A program made the translations under genes and the position numbers. Below are positions 16,044 to 24,681 of a stretch of 38,205 nt of DNA, in pieces. Under the pieces are notes generated by a model. That model was given only the letters and a program-made list of their open reading frames with translations. It ran no database searches and had not been told where the DNA came from. This DNA comes from a virus, in IMG/VR virus record IMGVR_UViG_3300045988_170321, positions 1 to 38,205 of that record; one strand, given 5' to 3'. Positions within the stretch are counted from its first letter, which is position 1. The number at the start of each line of letters is the position of its first letter.

Positions 16044-16606
16044 ACAGAATAGAGGATTTCGTTGAATTTGTCGGAGGTCATATATGGGACGCTGATGTAA
16101 TAGCGGGACGTCTCGAGGAGCTGGGATATTTTTCTGCGCCTGCATCAATCAGATATCACGGAAACGTTACGGGCGGTTTGTATGAACATTCCAAGGCGGT
16201 AACGCTGGAGTTGCTGAACCTTACGGAAAAGCTCGGTCTGAGGTGGGGGAGACGTGACAGCATTTACATTGTCGGAATGTTTCATGACATATGCAAGACT
16301 GACGACTACAGTCGTGAAATTGTTCGGGAAAAGGCGGCTGACGGAAGCGTGGTGTGTGAAACCGAGGGCAAGTGGGTGTACAACACTGATATGCTTTTAC
16401 CAGGACATGGAGAAAAGTCCGTAATTATCGCACAGCATATTTTAGGCACACTGACGCAGGAAGAAATCATGTGCATCAGATGGCATATGGGAGCCTTTGA
16501 CGACAGAGAGAACTGGAAGTATTACAGTGCGGCTGTAAAGAAATATCCCAATGTGCTATATACGCACGTGGCGGATATGACTGCGTCGAATATTTTGGGG
16601 ATTTAG
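16040..16606 (+). CDS. HD-domain metal-dependent phosphohydrolase
   Basis: Motifs are YEHSKAV...GMFHDICK...GHGEKS. Confidence 0.7.
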   Translation: MNRIEDFVEFVGGHIWDADVIAGRLEELGYFSAPASIRYHGNVTGGLYEHSKAVTLELLNLTEKLGLRWGRRDSIYIVGMFHDICKTDDYSREIVREKAADGSVVCETEGKWVYNTDMLLPGHGEKSVIIAQHILGTLTQEEIMCIRWHMGAFDDRENWKYYSAAVKKYPNVLYTHVADMTASNILGI

Positions 16607-16621
16607 CGGAGGGCGAGAGGA

Positions 16622-17863
16622 ATGAACAGAATAAATGCAAACGAAATAAACGAATTATTCGGCGTTACCGAAAGCTTCATGCTGCCCGATAAGTTAATGG
16701 GGCTACTGTTCTCTGAAGAGATATACAGTATATTTGAAAAATATTGTGACATGCAGGGTGATTTGTCCTATGACGGATTTACCGATTATTTTCAGGAAGA
16801 GCACAGCAGCCGCAAGGCTATGATGCAGGATTTCACGCCAAAGGAACTGACGGGGCTTGTGGCGCGAATTGTGGGGGAAGATGTAAAAAGCTGCCTTGAC
16901 GTTTGTGCAGGAACCGGAGGATTGACCATAGCTATGCACGGTGTTGCACCCGAATGCAAATTTTACTGCGAAGAGCTTTCAAAAAGGGCATTGCCGCTTT
17001 TACTGTTTAATCTTTCGGTGCGAAACATATCAGGATATGTAATAAACAAAGATGTCTTGTCAGGTCAGGTTTACGGAGCGTGGCAGATAGTTCAGGGAGA
17101 GCACTTTGGGAAAATTGTTAAGATTGACAGTGTTCCCGATGTGCCTGTGGACGTATGTATAACAAATCCGCCATATTCGTTGAAATATGATTTTACAGAA
17201 AAGCCAGAGGACGGCAGATTTGCGGAATACGGGTATCCACCAAATCAGTTTTCGGACATGGGATTTGTTATTCATGGAATATCACGGCTGAAGGAAACAG
17301 GGCAGGTAATTGCAATTTTACCGCACGGCGTATTATTCAGGGGAAACAGAGAACTGAATATCAGGCGAAAAATGATTAAGAAGGGCAATGTACACGCCGT
17401 TATTGGTCTGCCCGAAAAGCTGTTTTTAAACACACAGATACCTGTTGCAATTATCATATTCGGGAAAAATTCTGTCGAAAAAGTTATCTTTATTGACGGA
17501 TCAAAGGAATTTGAAAAAATCGGCAAGCAGAACCGTCTGCGACGGGGAGATGCCGACAAGATACTGCGCACGCTGAAAAATGCCCTTGAAGTCGAAAGGT
17601 ATTCGCATATAGCTGACATATCGGAAATACAGGACAATGACTATAATCTGAATATTCCAAGGTATGTTGATACTTACGACCCGCCACAGCCTATAGACAT
17701 TGTGGCAGTCACAAAGGAGCTGTATGAAAACGAGCAGAAAATAAAACATTGCGAAGCCAAAATATATGCAAGCCTTGCAGAGCTTACGGCGAGAGACGAA
17801 AAAACAAGGGCTGAGCTTGAAGAAGTTCGGCGGATATTCAGGGAGATGATTGAACACAGATGA
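16622..17863 (+). CDS. N6-adenine DNA methyltransferase (HsdM-like, N6_Mtase family)
   Basis: Motif I is DVCAGTGGL and motif IV is NPPYS. Confidence 0.85.
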   Translation: MNRINANEINELFGVTESFMLPDKLMGLLFSEEIYSIFEKYCDMQGDLSYDGFTDYFQEEHSSRKAMMQDFTPKELTGLVARIVGEDVKSCLDVCAGTGGLTIAMHGVAPECKFYCEELSKRALPLLLFNLSVRNISGYVINKDVLSGQVYGAWQIVQGEHFGKIVKIDSVPDVPVDVCITNPPYSLKYDFTEKPEDGRFAEYGYPPNQFSDMGFVIHGISRLKETGQVIAILPHGVLFRGNRELNIRRKMIKKGNVHAVIGLPEKLFLNTQIPVAIIIFGKNSVEKVIFIDGSKEFEKIGKQNRLRRGDADKILRTLKNALEVERYSHIADISEIQDNDYNLNIPRYVDTYDPPQPIDIVAVTKELYENEQKIKHCEAKIYASLAELTARDEKTRAELEEVRRIFREMIEHR

Positions 17864-18399
17864 ATTGCGGATATGTGAAGCTTTACGGCATTGCAGACAT
17901 TGAGCGGTGCGGGAGTGGTATTGTTTATCCTATGGGGACTGTTTACATACAAGTTTCTGCTTGTGCCAAAAATTCCGCTGAAAAGTGGCACATCACAGAG
18001 ACGGAGTGTGAGCTTGAGGGAAAATATGCAGCAGTACGTCCGAAAGTACCTGTTATCCCATTATTCCTTCGGGAGGCTCTGGAATACACAGCGGAAGAGT
18101 TTTTTTGCAGGTATATAGGGAGCAATATAAACATTCAGACCGATTTATTCAGATACTATGAACTGTCGTTTTATTTTGATATCAAGGATCAGCAGACTGT
18201 TCTTGATGCTCTGAGACCAATGCAGGAAGGCATTGAGGCGGAACGGCGTATAATCGAAAATGTAAAAAAATCCCCGCAGACACATAAAGCATCTGCGGGG
18301 AAAAGCGCATCAGGCAAGGTGCAATTTTTCTTTGAGGGCTTCCTGCAAAACGGCGGAGAAGTTTATATTTGCCTGTTCGGCTTTTTCGTTCAGCCATGA
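17860..18399 (+). CDS. Half-size HsdS-like specificity subunit. The C-terminal tail reads through the hicAB-2 terminator and overlaps hicB, so the gene may be 3'-disrupted.
   Basis: ATGA overlap with the methylase gene. A single TRD-like region is followed by the helical DIKDQQTVLDALRPMQEGIEAERRIIENVKK. After that the ORF runs antisense to hicB. Confidence 0.45.
   Translation: MNCGYVKLYGIADIERCGSGIVYPMGTVYIQVSACAKNSAEKWHITETECELEGKYAAVRPKVPVIPLFLREALEYTAEEFFCRYIGSNINIQTDLFRYYELSFYFDIKDQQTVLDALRPMQEGIEAERRIIENVKKSPQTHKASAGKSASGKVQFFFEGFLQNGGEVYICLFGFFVQP
18264..18300 (-). terminator. Rho-independent terminator of hicAB-2
   Basis: A 9-bp stem pairs CCCCGCAGA (18272-18280) with TCTGCGGGG (18292-18300). 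A T7 run follows on the minus strand. Confidence 0.75.
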
Positions 18400-18705
18400 C
18401 GGAATAGTGCAGTTTTTCTTGACACTGCGGTTATCGAGCATACGGCGGTAAGCGTCGGGGTCTGCATCGACAAGGGTCTTGATCTCATTTGCGGCACAGT
18501 TAAGTGCGGTGATATCCGAGGGAGCGGGAAGCTCACGCTTGTCATCTTCATAGGTCACGCAAAGAAGGCTTATGGCATCTCTTGCCATTTCAATGGCTTC
18601 GGGAACGGTCTCGCCGAAAGTGTTATTATCGAAGTCGGGGATAGTTACAAGGTAGCCGCTTCCGTCATCGCATTTGGTGAGTATTACAGGATAACAGGTT
18701 TTCAT
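18310..18705 (-). CDS. hicB: HicB-family antitoxin (second copy)
   Basis: The N-terminus reads YPVILTKCDDGSGYLVTIPDF, and the C-terminus has an RHH-like NFSAVLQEALKEKL. Confidence 0.85.
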   Translation of the reverse strand: MKTCYPVILTKCDDGSGYLVTIPDFDNNTFGETVPEAIEMARDAISLLCVTYEDDKRELPAPSDITALNCAANEIKTLVDADPDAYRRMLDNRSVKKNCTIPSWLNEKAEQANINFSAVLQEALKEKLHLA

Positions 18706-18768
18706 ATGGTCAGCACTCCTTTTGGTATATTTGAAAACAGCTTTTGGGGGAGCTTTGCTCCCCGTTCG

Positions 18769-18942
18769 CTATTTTAGGTTTCTGCGTTTGATTATTGCTT
18801 TTGCGAGGTTCTCGTTGATCTCGGCGTGTCTCGGTATTGCCTCAGCTTCCTTGCCTTTGGTGTAAACATCGTGATTTCCGCCGCATCTTCTGAACTCCCA
18901 GCCGTTCTTTTCAAGAAGCTTTATCAATTCCCGCCTTTTCAT
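18769..18942 (-). CDS. hicA: HicA-family toxin (second copy, 57 aa)
   Basis: Translation begins MKRRELIKLLEKNGWEFRRCGGNHDVY... A GAAGGAGGGAG RBS lies upstream. Confidence 0.85.
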   Translation of the reverse strand: MKRRELIKLLEKNGWEFRRCGGNHDVYTKGKEAEAIPRHAEINENLAKAIIKRRNLK

Positions 18943-18964
18943 TTTCTCCCTCCTTCTATTATAT

Positions 18965-18993
18965 ATTATACGCCTTTTATGCGTATTTGTCAA
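18965..18993 (-). promoter_or_regulatory. Consensus promoter of hicAB-2 (TTGACA, 17-nt spacer, TATAAT) with an ATACGC/GCGTAT inverted repeat in the spacer
   Basis: The -35 hexamer is at 18993-18988 and the -10 at 18970-18965. A second inverted repeat, ATGCGTA-5-TACGCAT, lies at about 19026-19044. Confidence 0.7.
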
Positions 18994-19097
18994 TAGATGG
19001 GAAAGAAAATGATGTATAATATTATATGCGTATTTTGTACGCATTGTGCAAAATGAAAGGAGTACACAAAAGAAATGATACGAGGTGATGAAATGGC

Positions 19098-20786
19098 ATG
19101 AAATACGTAAAACGGTACTGTGACAAGATACTTGGCGAGGAGATACGCAGCTGCGAGGAGCAGAAGCAGCTATGCAGGCTGGTTCTGCGTGCCTTTGAAG
19201 AAGAGGACATACACATTGACGAGCTGAGTGTTGATAAATATTTTGGCTTGCAGAAATATTTCAGATATGAGCTTTTTGACTGGGAGAAATTCTGCTTTGT
19301 GCTCCATTGCTGCACGTACCGTGCGGACGGAATGCCGAGGTGGCCCGATATGCTGGGATACATGGGGCGTGGGTCGGGAAAGAACGGATATGTGAGCTTT
19401 GAGGATTTTGCGCTTCTTTCCCCCGCAAACGGCATAAGGAATTACAACATACAGTCCTTTGCGGCGGCTGAGGACAACGCCAAGACCAGTTTTGAGGAGG
19501 TACGCAATGATGTTCTGGAAGAGCACAAGCCCAAGCTTTCCCGCTTTTATTCCTGGAACATGGAGAAGATAACCTGCACAAAGACAAAGAGCGTATGGAC
19601 ATACCACACGTCCGCCCCAAAGACCAAGGACGGCGGACGGCCGGGAAAGGTGAATTTTGACGAGATACACGTTTTTGAAAATTCCGACCTGATAGACGTT
19701 GCGGAGGGCGGCCTCGGCAAGGTGCGTGACCCCCGAAAGCTGTACACAAGCACAGACGGAGAGGTGAGGGACGGTGTACTTGACGCAAAAAAGGAAGTGG
19801 CGAGGGCTATACTCAGAGGAGACCGCCCCGACAACGGATTTTTGCCCTTTATGTGCCACATGGAGCTTTCGGAGATAGATGACCCCGACAACTGGATAAT
19901 GGCGGTGCCCAGCCTTGACGAGTTTCCTGTGCTGAGGGAGCAGATGATGCGTGACTACATAGAGTACAAGGAAGACCCTATACGCAAGAGGGCATTTGCG
20001 GTAAAGCGCTGCAACTGCCCTGACGGTGTACGTGAGGGAGCGGTGACGGGCTGGGAGAACATACAAGCCTGCTGCCGTGGGGCTATGCCCTCGGAGATAC
20101 CTGAGGTATTGAAGCGCCCATGTATCATTGCGGTGGACTACAGCCTTGTAGATGACTTTATGTCGGCGGTGATCGTAAATCTTATTGACGGGATATATTA
20201 CGTAAGGCAGAAAACATGGATATGCGAGCAGAGCCGTGACCTGCCCAGGATAAACTTTCCGTACATGGAGGCTGTTGCCCGTGGGGAAGCTGAGATGGTC
20301 AAGGGTTCGGAGATAGGCTCGGAGCTTCCGTTTCTGTGGATAAAGGAAGAGACAAAAAATCAGAGAGTGCTTGCGGGAGCGGCGGACAGCTACAGATTTC
20401 CCCACATGAAGAGGAACGCTGAACAGATACTGGGCATAACGGGAGAGGCGAGAAAGGCGGCAAACCATTACGGAGAAGACACGGGGCATATATATTTTAC
20501 CCGTCCCTCTGACCTTGCAAAGGCTGCACCCGACATCACCCTCGACCTCAACAGGCGTATGTTTTACTGCGGTGACAGCATGATAATGCGCTGGTACCTA
20601 AACAACGTAAAGCGTGTGGTGGATAGCAAGGGCAACACGACCTTTGAGAAGATAGAGGGCAAGAGCCGAAAGACTGATGGTGCTATGGCACTGTTTGCGG
20701 CTATGACCGTTGCGCCCATGCTTGAAAAATACGATAAGAAAAAAAGTTCGGGCATAGTACTCCCGAAACTGAAAATATACAGATAG
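19098..20786 (+). CDS. Terminase large subunit
   Basis: 562 aa with a Walker-A-like GRGSGKNG and a Terminase_1-like layout. Confidence 0.85.
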   Translation: MKYVKRYCDKILGEEIRSCEEQKQLCRLVLRAFEEEDIHIDELSVDKYFGLQKYFRYELFDWEKFCFVLHCCTYRADGMPRWPDMLGYMGRGSGKNGYVSFEDFALLSPANGIRNYNIQSFAAAEDNAKTSFEEVRNDVLEEHKPKLSRFYSWNMEKITCTKTKSVWTYHTSAPKTKDGGRPGKVNFDEIHVFENSDLIDVAEGGLGKVRDPRKLYTSTDGEVRDGVLDAKKEVARAILRGDRPDNGFLPFMCHMELSEIDDPDNWIMAVPSLDEFPVLREQMMRDYIEYKEDPIRKRAFAVKRCNCPDGVREGAVTGWENIQACCRGAMPSEIPEVLKRPCIIAVDYSLVDDFMSAVIVNLIDGIYYVRQKTWICEQSRDLPRINFPYMEAVARGEAEMVKGSEIGSELPFLWIKEETKNQRVLAGAADSYRFPHMKRNAEQILGITGEARKAANHYGEDTGHIYFTRPSDLAKAAPDITLDLNRRMFYCGDSMIMRWYLNNVKRVVDSKGNTTFEKIEGKSRKTDGAMALFAAMTVAPMLEKYDKKKSSGIVLPKLKIYR

Positions 20787-20797
20787 GAGGCTGTAAG

Positions 20798-21364
20798 GTG
20801 AGCAAAAAGTTGACAGGTGCGGCGGCGTACTTTTCGCAGCTTGATATTACCGCAGTATCTTTGTGTGGTAAAATCAGAATAAAGATATGCACCAAGAATG
20901 AGCTGGATATGCTGATGAACGGCGAATTGCAGTCAACTGCAATATTCGGAGAGATGCTGAAAAAATATTCGGGTAATGCCCCTGACAATATGCCCGAAGC
21001 GGAGCTGAGCAGGCTCATGGGGGTATATATCGACGGCATTACGAAGATAATTGAGGACTGGGGGGAATATCTCAAAGTTCCCGAAAGCTCATTCCCTCTT
21101 GAAAATTCTCTTCCGGAATGCTCATTTCCTGCTTCAACTCTTCCGGAAAAGCTTGTTGCGGAATACACGGGGCTGAGTATCCTCCGGGTCGGCGATCTTG
21201 ATTATCTGCTGTACAGGCTGTATCTTGCCGATGCGGTGAAATACAATCTCGGCAGGACGGAAAAGGGCATTGATTATCTTAATGCGGCGCATCTGGAGAT
21301 GTTTTCGGAATATGACCGCAGTGCGTTTCTTTCGGGCGGTGCGAAAATAACGGTGAAAAGGTGA
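20798..21364 (+). CDS. Hypothetical protein (GTG start)
   Basis: AGGAGG RBS upstream. Confidence 0.45.
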   Translation: MSKKLTGAAAYFSQLDITAVSLCGKIRIKICTKNELDMLMNGELQSTAIFGEMLKKYSGNAPDNMPEAELSRLMGVYIDGITKIIEDWGEYLKVPESSFPLENSLPECSFPASTLPEKLVAEYTGLSILRVGDLDYLLYRLYLADAVKYNLGRTEKGIDYLNAAHLEMFSEYDRSAFLSGGAKITVKR

Positions 21365-21368
21365 TGTT

Positions 21369-21848
21369 ATGGCGAACTGGGGAAGGACGGGGCTTACCAA
21401 AGCCGATGACGGAAATGTTGAGATAGACCTTGTGGGCGCTTACACGACATTTACGGCAGAGATACAGAATGAGATAGAGACGATAATCAGGCGGCTGGGC
21501 CGCGAGATGCAGGCAGAGCTTGAGGAAAAATCGCCTGACGGTGAATTCTTAGAGAAGAAATACAAGGGCAAAAGATACCGATACAGCCGCAGAAAGTACG
21601 GTGCAAGCCCCGGAAGCTACAAGCACGGCTGGAAGGTAAAGTTTAGCGACAGGAAAAAGGGCATGGGAGGAAGGATAGCAGCCACGGCATACCAGAAGGG
21701 AGAGGACTACAGGCTTGTTCATCTTCTGGAGTTCGGGCACAGAATGCCCAATGGCGGAACGTTTGGGGGAAATCCCATAGTTTCGCAGATACAGGAAAAA
21801 TACAGGCAGAAGGTCTATGAAGAGATACGGCGGCTGTTATCCAAGTGA
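21369..21848 (+). CDS. HK97 gp10-like tail-completion / head-tail joining protein
   Basis: Contains an LVHLLEFGH motif. Confidence 0.5.
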   Translation: MANWGRTGLTKADDGNVEIDLVGAYTTFTAEIQNEIETIIRRLGREMQAELEEKSPDGEFLEKKYKGKRYRYSRRKYGASPGSYKHGWKVKFSDRKKGMGGRIAATAYQKGEDYRLVHLLEFGHRMPNGGTFGGNPIVSQIQEKYRQKVYEEIRRLLSK

Positions 21849-21863
21849 AAGGGAGGCGGTAAA

Positions 21864-22211
21864 ATGAACGAAGAGAGTATTTCAAAGCTTACTGACAGCT
21901 TTTTTGCAAGAATGAGGCTGCCCGATGAAATGCGAAGCGACCCCGAGGAAAGGGAGCTTATGAAGGGTTATATCCTTGAAGGCAGGAAGAAGCTTGACCT
22001 TATCGCCTGCGGGAAAAGCGTTGATTACGAAAAGGACGAATATGCGGGAGGACTTTTGTACAACTACTGCTTTTACGCACGGAATGACTGCTGCGAGAAA
22101 TTCTCCTCGGCATACAGGAGTGACCTTATCGCCCTGAGGAACATGGCAGTTGCAGGCAAGCTTGAACTTGAAGCTGAGAAAGGGAGTGAGGACGCTGCGC
22201 AGGATCAATAA
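21864..22211 (+). CDS. Putative gp6-like head-tail connector protein
   Basis: Called from size and context only. Confidence 0.4.
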   Translation: MNEESISKLTDSFFARMRLPDEMRSDPEERELMKGYILEGRKKLDLIACGKSVDYEKDEYAGGLLYNYCFYARNDCCEKFSSAYRSDLIALRNMAVAGKLELEAEKGSEDAAQDQ

Positions 22212-22542
22212 CACCCTCGCCTCCGAGCATTTTTCCGACGGGATAGCGTATCTCTATCAGCTGCGCAGTGACGGAGAGCCTGACGAAGGCTCACGGATAA
22301 GGCGATTTTTCGGGGAGCGGAACATCACCTACAAGCGCATTGCGGAGGCAAGGCAGATCATGACGGAATACAGCCGCATAATCGGCATTCCGCTGACCGC
22401 ACAGGGAGCGTATGCGAACATACGCTGCGCCCGCATCGGCGACAGGCTGTACAGGGTGGAGACGGTTCAGGAGATATTCACTGCTGTGCCTCCCGTGGCT
22501 GTGATGGCACTGTCTGACTGGGATATTGATACGAGAAGGTAA
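22150..22542 (+). CDS. Putative head closure / head-tail adaptor protein (start uncertain)
   Basis: Called from size and context only. Confidence 0.35.
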   Translation: MQASLNLKLRKGVRTLRRINNTLASEHFSDGIAYLYQLRSDGEPDEGSRIRRFFGERNITYKRIAEARQIMTEYSRIIGIPLTAQGAYANIRCARIGDRLYRVETVQEIFTAVPPVAVMALSDWDIDTRR

Positions 22543-22556
22543 AGGAGGCGGTCGGA

Positions 22557-23753
22557 ATGGGACTTAAAGAGCTGCTGGGTTCGGTATTCGGCACAAAGAC
22601 TGCCGACCCCGTAAGGACGGAAGTAACCGTAGCGGGCGGCGGCACGTATGTGCCTGCGGACATGAACGCTCAGCTTAAGAGACTGGCGTGGAACATATGT
22701 GTTGACTACATTGCTTCGGCTGTGGCAAAATGCGAGTTCCGCACGTTCCTTGAAGGCAAGGAAGTGAGAGGCGAGGAATATTACCTGTGGAATGTAGCGC
22801 CCAATGCCAACCAGACCTCAACAGAGTTCTGGCGGGAGGTGATATTCAGGCTCTACAGAGACAAGGAGGCGCTTATCGTTCCTGTGGGCGGTTCGCTTAT
22901 AATCGCCGAACATTTCTCCAAGGAAGAGCTGGCTATTGCTCCGACAATATTCACGAACATCGGCAGAGGAACGCTGAGCCTTTGGCAGACATTCACAAGC
23001 GAGACGGCTATATATTTATCCCTGCCGGGAGATGTTGCTCCGGGGCCGCTTGTGTCGGGAGTGACTGACATTCTGGAAGGCACGCTTTCCGAGGCGGTGG
23101 ATAAGTATAATCACGAGGGCGGAGAAAAAGGAACATTTGAATATGACGCTGACCGCATGGGTGACGATGATTACAACAATGCTGTAAATCAGGCACTCAA
23201 TGAGGATTTCAAAAACTATTTTGCCGCAAAATCCGCAGTGATGCCGTTATATGCGGGCACAAAATATAACCAGTACACCAACAGCTCGGGTCAGAAAACT
23301 TCCATTGTGGGGGATATAAATTCCATCATACGGCAGTCGATAGAGGTAACGGCGCAGAGCATGAAGATACCGCCTGCGCTTGTGCTGGGAGAGGTGGCGG
23401 ACACAAAGACGGCAGTGGATAATATGCTGACATTCTGTGCTGACCCTTTGCTTGACATGATAACGGAAAGCATTAACTTTGTGCGATACGGCAAGGAAGT
23501 GCTCAACGGTTCATACATACAGGCGGACACCAGCTGCATAAAGCATCTTGATGCGCTGAGCATCGCAGGAGACCTGGACAAGCTGAAATCCGCAGGGCTG
23601 TTCAGCACCAATGAGATAAGGCGCAAGGTGGGAGAGCCACGCATCAACAAGCCATGGGCTGACGAATACAGCCTGACCAAAAACTATGAGAACATACCCG
23701 GGTCGGGCGCATCGTCCGATGACGGCAACAGCGGAAAGGAAGAGGAAAAATGA
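22557..23753 (+). CDS. Portal protein, HK97 family
   Basis: 398 aa, positioned directly before the prohead protease. Confidence 0.8.
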   Translation: MGLKELLGSVFGTKTADPVRTEVTVAGGGTYVPADMNAQLKRLAWNICVDYIASAVAKCEFRTFLEGKEVRGEEYYLWNVAPNANQTSTEFWREVIFRLYRDKEALIVPVGGSLIIAEHFSKEELAIAPTIFTNIGRGTLSLWQTFTSETAIYLSLPGDVAPGPLVSGVTDILEGTLSEAVDKYNHEGGEKGTFEYDADRMGDDDYNNAVNQALNEDFKNYFAAKSAVMPLYAGTKYNQYTNSSGQKTSIVGDINSIIRQSIEVTAQSMKIPPALVLGEVADTKTAVDNMLTFCADPLLDMITESINFVRYGKEVLNGSYIQADTSCIKHLDALSIAGDLDKLKSAGLFSTNEIRRKVGEPRINKPWADEYSLTKNYENIPGSGASSDDGNSGKEEEK

Positions 23754-24586
23754 GGATAGACGGCAGAATAATGCAGGCGGCGGAAAGCAAAAAGGGTGTT
23801 ATTTACATTTACGACGAAATAAAGAACGACAGCTACGACTGGTGGAACGGTGCTGTCATTGTCTCGGAGACCTCGGAGAAGTTTATCAGAGACCGTCTGG
23901 CAGAGTTTGAGGGAGTTTCACAGCTTGATATCCACATTTCCTCCTGCGGCGGCTCGGTGAAGGTGGCTATGGGGCTGTACTCCCAGATAAAGGCTTTTGC
24001 CTGCCCCAAGAAAACGGCATACATCGACGGAATGGCGGCAAGTGCTGCCACTGTTGTAGCGATGGCTGCCGATGAGGTAATAATGCCTATGGCGGGGCTG
24101 ATGATGATACACGACGCCTGGATAAGCGGCACATCGGGCAATGCAGAGGAGCTGAGAAAGACTGCGGATGACCTGGACGTGATAACCTCGGCAAGCAGGA
24201 CGGCGTATTTACAGCATTCGGGCGGCAAGATATCCGAGGAAGAGCTTACTACCCTTATGAGGGCGGAAGCATGGCTCACGGCAGAGCAGTGCAGAAAGTA
24301 CGGGCTTTGCGACAGGATATCCGATGAAAAGGCAAATGATGACGGAGAAGCCAAGCAGGCATTACGTTCCGCATTCCCTGCTTTCATGAACACGGGGGCG
24401 TGGATATCGAGGATAGAAGCAAGGCTGTGCGCCATTGAAAATGCGGTATGCGGAAAGGCTCATGATGAAGCTGAGGGCGATGCACCCGCAAACGGTAAGG
24501 GAGCGGAGCAGGAAGAAAAGCCCGGGGCTGTTATGAGCAGAGAGGATATGCTTGCAAGCATAATCGGGATATTTGGCAGAGAATAG
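23750..24586 (+). CDS. ClpP-like (S14) prohead maturation protease
   Basis: Contains IHISSCGGSV...IDGMAASAATVVAMA...MMIHDAW. Confidence 0.85.
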   Translation: MRIDGRIMQAAESKKGVIYIYDEIKNDSYDWWNGAVIVSETSEKFIRDRLAEFEGVSQLDIHISSCGGSVKVAMGLYSQIKAFACPKKTAYIDGMAASAATVVAMAADEVIMPMAGLMMIHDAWISGTSGNAEELRKTADDLDVITSASRTAYLQHSGGKISEEELTTLMRAEAWLTAEQCRKYGLCDRISDEKANDDGEAKQALRSAFPAFMNTGAWISRIEARLCAIENAVCGKAHDEAEGDAPANGKGAEQEEKPGAVMSREDMLASIIGIFGRE

Positions 24587-24681
24587 TCCCTAAAAGTTGG
24601 TATTAAGGGTGCGTGGGTTTATGTTATTCTTGAAATAAAGAGGCGCACGCACCGTAGCGCATAATGAAGGAGGAGATCAGA

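Noticed and set aside
19170-20489. Long antisense ORF (439 aa) opposite the large terminase gene. Similar antisense ORFs lie at 28521-29480, 25633-26493, 26279-27019, 23833-24435 and 15642-16148.
   Set aside because: These are shadow ORFs inside well-supported plus-strand genes. They have low-complexity, Arg/Ser/Pro-rich translations, no RBS and no recognisable motifs.
24609-24652. An 8-bp inverted repeat (GGTGCGTG ... CACGCACC) upstream of the capsid gene, considered as a regulatory RNA element.
   Set aside because: The stem is short, the loop is long, and no supporting conservation can be assessed.
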